Virus record (IMG/VR): IMGVR_UViG_3300044692_000050 | Location: 1-64,000 of that record | Length of the DNA: 64,000 nt | DNA from: a virus | Reading direction: 5' to 3' (one strand) | In this document: positions 62,948 to 64,000 of the stretch, piece after piece | Numbering within the stretch: the stretch's first letter is position 1 | How the letters are laid out: each line of letters starts with the position of its first letter | Notes under the pieces: model-generated | Told to the model about the DNA's origin: nothing | The model's input: the letters and a program-made list of their open reading frames with translations, nothing else | Database searches by the model: none | Position numbers and translations under genes: made by a program

Positions 62948-63649
62948 ATGTCAGAAGACGCCGCGGGAGCACAGGACGCCGGAACGGCCCCTGAGACCGC
63001 ACAGCAGACCCAGCAGGACGGCAACCCGCTGTTCCGCACCACGGAGACCGTTAAGGGCCGCACGGGGGCGCAGAACGGCGCTCAGGGCGACGACAAGGAC
63101 GCGGCGGCCGTGCTCGCCGACGCCACGGCCGACGGCCAGGACGAGGATCCGCTCGCCAAGGCCCAGGCCGAGATCGCCCGGTGGAAGCAGCAGGCCCGCG
63201 AGAACGAGCGCCGCGCCAAGGCCAACGCCGACAAGGCCAAGCAGTTCGACGCGTACGAAGAGAGCCAGAAGACCGAGCAGCAGAAGCTCGCCGACCAGCT
63301 CGCCGCCGCCCAGGAAGAGGCGCGCAAGGAGCGGGGCTCGAGGCTCAGGCTGCTCGCCGCCGCCCAGTACGACCTCGACCCGAGTCTTATCGACTACCTC
63401 GGCGACGGCGACGAAGACGCCATCAACGAGCGTGCCGAGGCATTCGCGCGGGCCATCAACGAGAAGGCCGCCGTCCTCGCCGCCGCTCAGGTCCAGGCCG
63501 CCCAGCAGGCCGCCGCGGCACAACAGCAGCCCCGCGCCAACGGCTTCGGCCGGCCCGTAGAGGCCCTCCGCCCCGGCGCCCTGCCCGCCACGGACAACCG
63601 CACCAACGACCCCAACGCCTGGATCCGCCAGGCCCTCGGCCGCAAGTAA
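62948..63649 (+). CDS. Scaffolding protein
   Basis: Acidic N-terminus, WK..AR.NE.RAK.N, KTEQQK coiled coil; precedes capsid. Confidence 0.88.
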   Translation: MSEDAAGAQDAGTAPETAQQTQQDGNPLFRTTETVKGRTGAQNGAQGDDKDAAAVLADATADGQDEDPLAKAQAEIARWKQQARENERRAKANADKAKQFDAYEESQKTEQQKLADQLAAAQEEARKERGSRLRLLAAAQYDLDPSLIDYLGDGDEDAINERAEAFARAINEKAAVLAAAQVQAAQQAAAAQQQPRANGFGRPVEALRPGALPATDNRTNDPNAWIRQALGRK

Positions 63650-63706
63650 CACCCCAACCAGCAGCGGACCTGTAGTCCGGCTGCCCCCGTTTGAAAGGAC
63701 GGATAC

Positions 63707-64000
63707 ATGCCCGACTACACCGACATGATCGCCCGCAACAGCGGCGGGACTGACGCCCTCGTCCCCGAACCGCTCGCGCTGGAGATCATCCAGGAGCTGC
63801 CCAAGAAGTCCGCTGCGCTGTCCCTCATGAAGCGCGTCAACATGTCCACCAAGACCGAGCGCATGCCGGTCCTGGACGTGCTGCCGCTGGCCTACTTCGT
63901 CAACGGCGACACCGGCCTCAAGCAGACGACCACGCAGGCGTGGAAGAACGTCACGCTCGTCGTGGAAGAAATTGCAACAATTGTTCCAGTGCCCGAAAGT
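63707..64000 (+). CDS. Major capsid protein (5' part, truncated by window)
   Basis: GAAAGGA RBS; MPDYTDMIARNSGGTDALVPEPLALEII...RMPVLDVLPLAYFVNGDTGLKQTT...EEIATIVPVPE. Confidence 0.9.
   Translation, partial: MPDYTDMIARNSGGTDALVPEPLALEIIQELPKKSAALSLMKRVNMSTKTERMPVLDVLPLAYFVNGDTGLKQTTTQAWKNVTLVVEEIATIVPVPES

Larger units (their letters stand above)
1..64000. mobile_element. Temperate actinobacterial tailed phage genome segment (free/attP form) carrying an AICE-like transfer module
   Basis: Integrase plus attP, RecET, replication initiator, and terminase/portal/scaffold/capsid genes; dense ATGA/GTGA-coupled small ORFs; no host housekeeping genes. Confidence 0.93.

Noticed and set aside
1-64000. 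Reverse transcriptase systems (DGR, retron), transposases or known defence operons
   Set aside because: No RT (YxDD), DDE transposase or recognisable defence-system motifs in the ORF track; no TR/VR-like repeat pair noticed by eye

Overview
The window is about 64 kb of a high-GC temperate tailed phage of filamentous Actinomycetota, apparently in its free (non-integrated) form. An attP-like site (3' half of tRNA-Thr(UGU) with paired arm-type repeats) sits next to a tyrosine integrase and has phage genes on both sides. From left to right: (1) a secreted ricin-like moron, DNA methyltransferase, xis/XRE/int/attP; (2) a long leftward early region (5.5-28.9 kb) of about 70 mostly small, translationally coupled ORFs, including RecE/RecT-like recombination genes, a replication initiator and loader, DUF5131, methyltransferases and a RyR-domain protein; (3) a cro/cI-like switch (28.6-29.6 kb); (4) an accessory and regulatory region (Phd-like antitoxin, Methyltransf_19, XRE proteins, DUF397/DUF6879/DUF5753); (5) an AICE-like conjugation module (40.5-48.2 kb) with a TraB/FtsK translocase, clt-like repeats and a DUF2637/SpdA-like gene; (6) a late-control region, HNH nucleases and a probable packaging-site region; (7) terS, terL, portal, head maturation, scaffold and the start of the major capsid gene. 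The most unusual signals are the conjugation module, whose translocase carries both a TraB-type wHTH and an extra chromosomal FtsK-gamma domain; two paralogous primase-type Zn-finger/HTH genes, each followed by a shared DNA core plus its own palindrome array; a copy of the capsid N-terminal peptide fused to a small head-region ORF; and many leaderless, self-regulated promoter cassettes, some inserted antisense between head genes. All family assignments come from motif recognition by eye; no database searches were run.
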